The translations under genes were made by a program, and so were the position numbers. From contig NC_018267.1 of assembly GCF_000306885.1 (NCBI RefSeq), positions 925,991 to 957,990 on the forward strand: a stretch of DNA of 32,000 nucleotides. The letters are read 5' to 3'. A model generated the notes under the pieces. The model did no database searches. It was not told where the DNA came from and saw only the letters and a program-made list of their open reading frames with translations. This document shows, piece after piece, positions 31,421 to 32,000 of the stretch. This stretch comes from Wolbachia endosymbiont of Onchocerca ochengi. Lineage in GTDB: Bacteria; Pseudomonadota; Alphaproteobacteria; Rickettsiales; Anaplasmataceae. Positions within the stretch are counted from its first letter, which is position 1, and each line of letters starts with the position of its first letter.

Positions 31421-32000
31421 CTAGTATGCAGTTTTTATGTATTGTCTGCCAAATTAGAGCTAGAGATAGTGGAAAAATTACTTGTATATCTTAGATATTA
31501 AAATTGATATTAGAAATTGTAAGAATAAAGGCCCTAAGGTCATGCTGTAAGAGAGTTTAAGTATATAATATAATTAAAATCTTAAAAAGCACAAGCTATT
31601 CCGACCTCATTAGAAGAAAGAATAGAAAATAAAAAAAGAAGTATTGACTAAACTTTTAAAAACATAAAATCTAGATTATCAAATAAAATCAACGCCTACA
31701 ATAGAGCAATAAAACATACGATTAAGATAAATTAGTTAAACTTGCTATTAAGAAACAATTAACTTCTTCTATAGTAAAGAGGTTTAAGTAATATGAAAAA
31801 ATTGGTGAAAGATAGCTGTTTCATAAATTATGCAGTTATTGCTGTTATGTTGAGGAACATTCACGATCTGATTAAGCACTATTAAAAACGCTTAAGTAAA
31901 AAATTTCCTAGAAAGACAAATAATGAACAATTTGCATAGAACCTTTTAGGTGAATTTAAAGGAAGAAAGATATTCAACTTACAAGGGAAAAAGTTAGAAA

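Overview
This AT-rich window looks like a reduced alphaproteobacterial genome of the Rickettsiales/Anaplasmataceae, most like Ehrlichia by protein style, gene order and long non-coding stretches. That assignment is inferred from sequence character, not from a search. Nearly half the window is a long minus-strand run: tRNA-Tyr, tRNA-Gly, tuf, rpsJ, rplC, rplD, rplW, rplB, rpsS, rplV, rpsC, rplP, rpmC, rpsQ, rplN, rplX, rplE, rpsN, rpsH, rplF, rplR, rpsE, rplO, secY, adk, rpsM, rpsK, rpoA, rplQ. A PstS-like gene follows. Other genes are carA, a small predicted membrane protein, rpmI-rplT-fmt, an FdxA-type ferredoxin, dapE, and a 2-Cys peroxiredoxin next to trxB. The accessory DNA (about 20.3-25.0 kb, 25.5-28.0 kb, 30.9-32.0 kb) looks mainly like gene graveyard. 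I read out a decayed PAS-like gene, ankyrin-like remnants, a heavily decayed IS5-type transposase (24130-24617) and a multiply frameshifted glycerol-1-phosphate dehydrogenase-like gene. The most useful observations are the hidden transposase relic, apparent single-base frameshifts at homopolymers in secY and fdxA (error versus transcriptional slippage), a possible third frameshift at the rplQ tail, and the uncharacterised membrane ORF at 18167-18655. I found no convincing new biological system, CRISPR array or intact mobile element.
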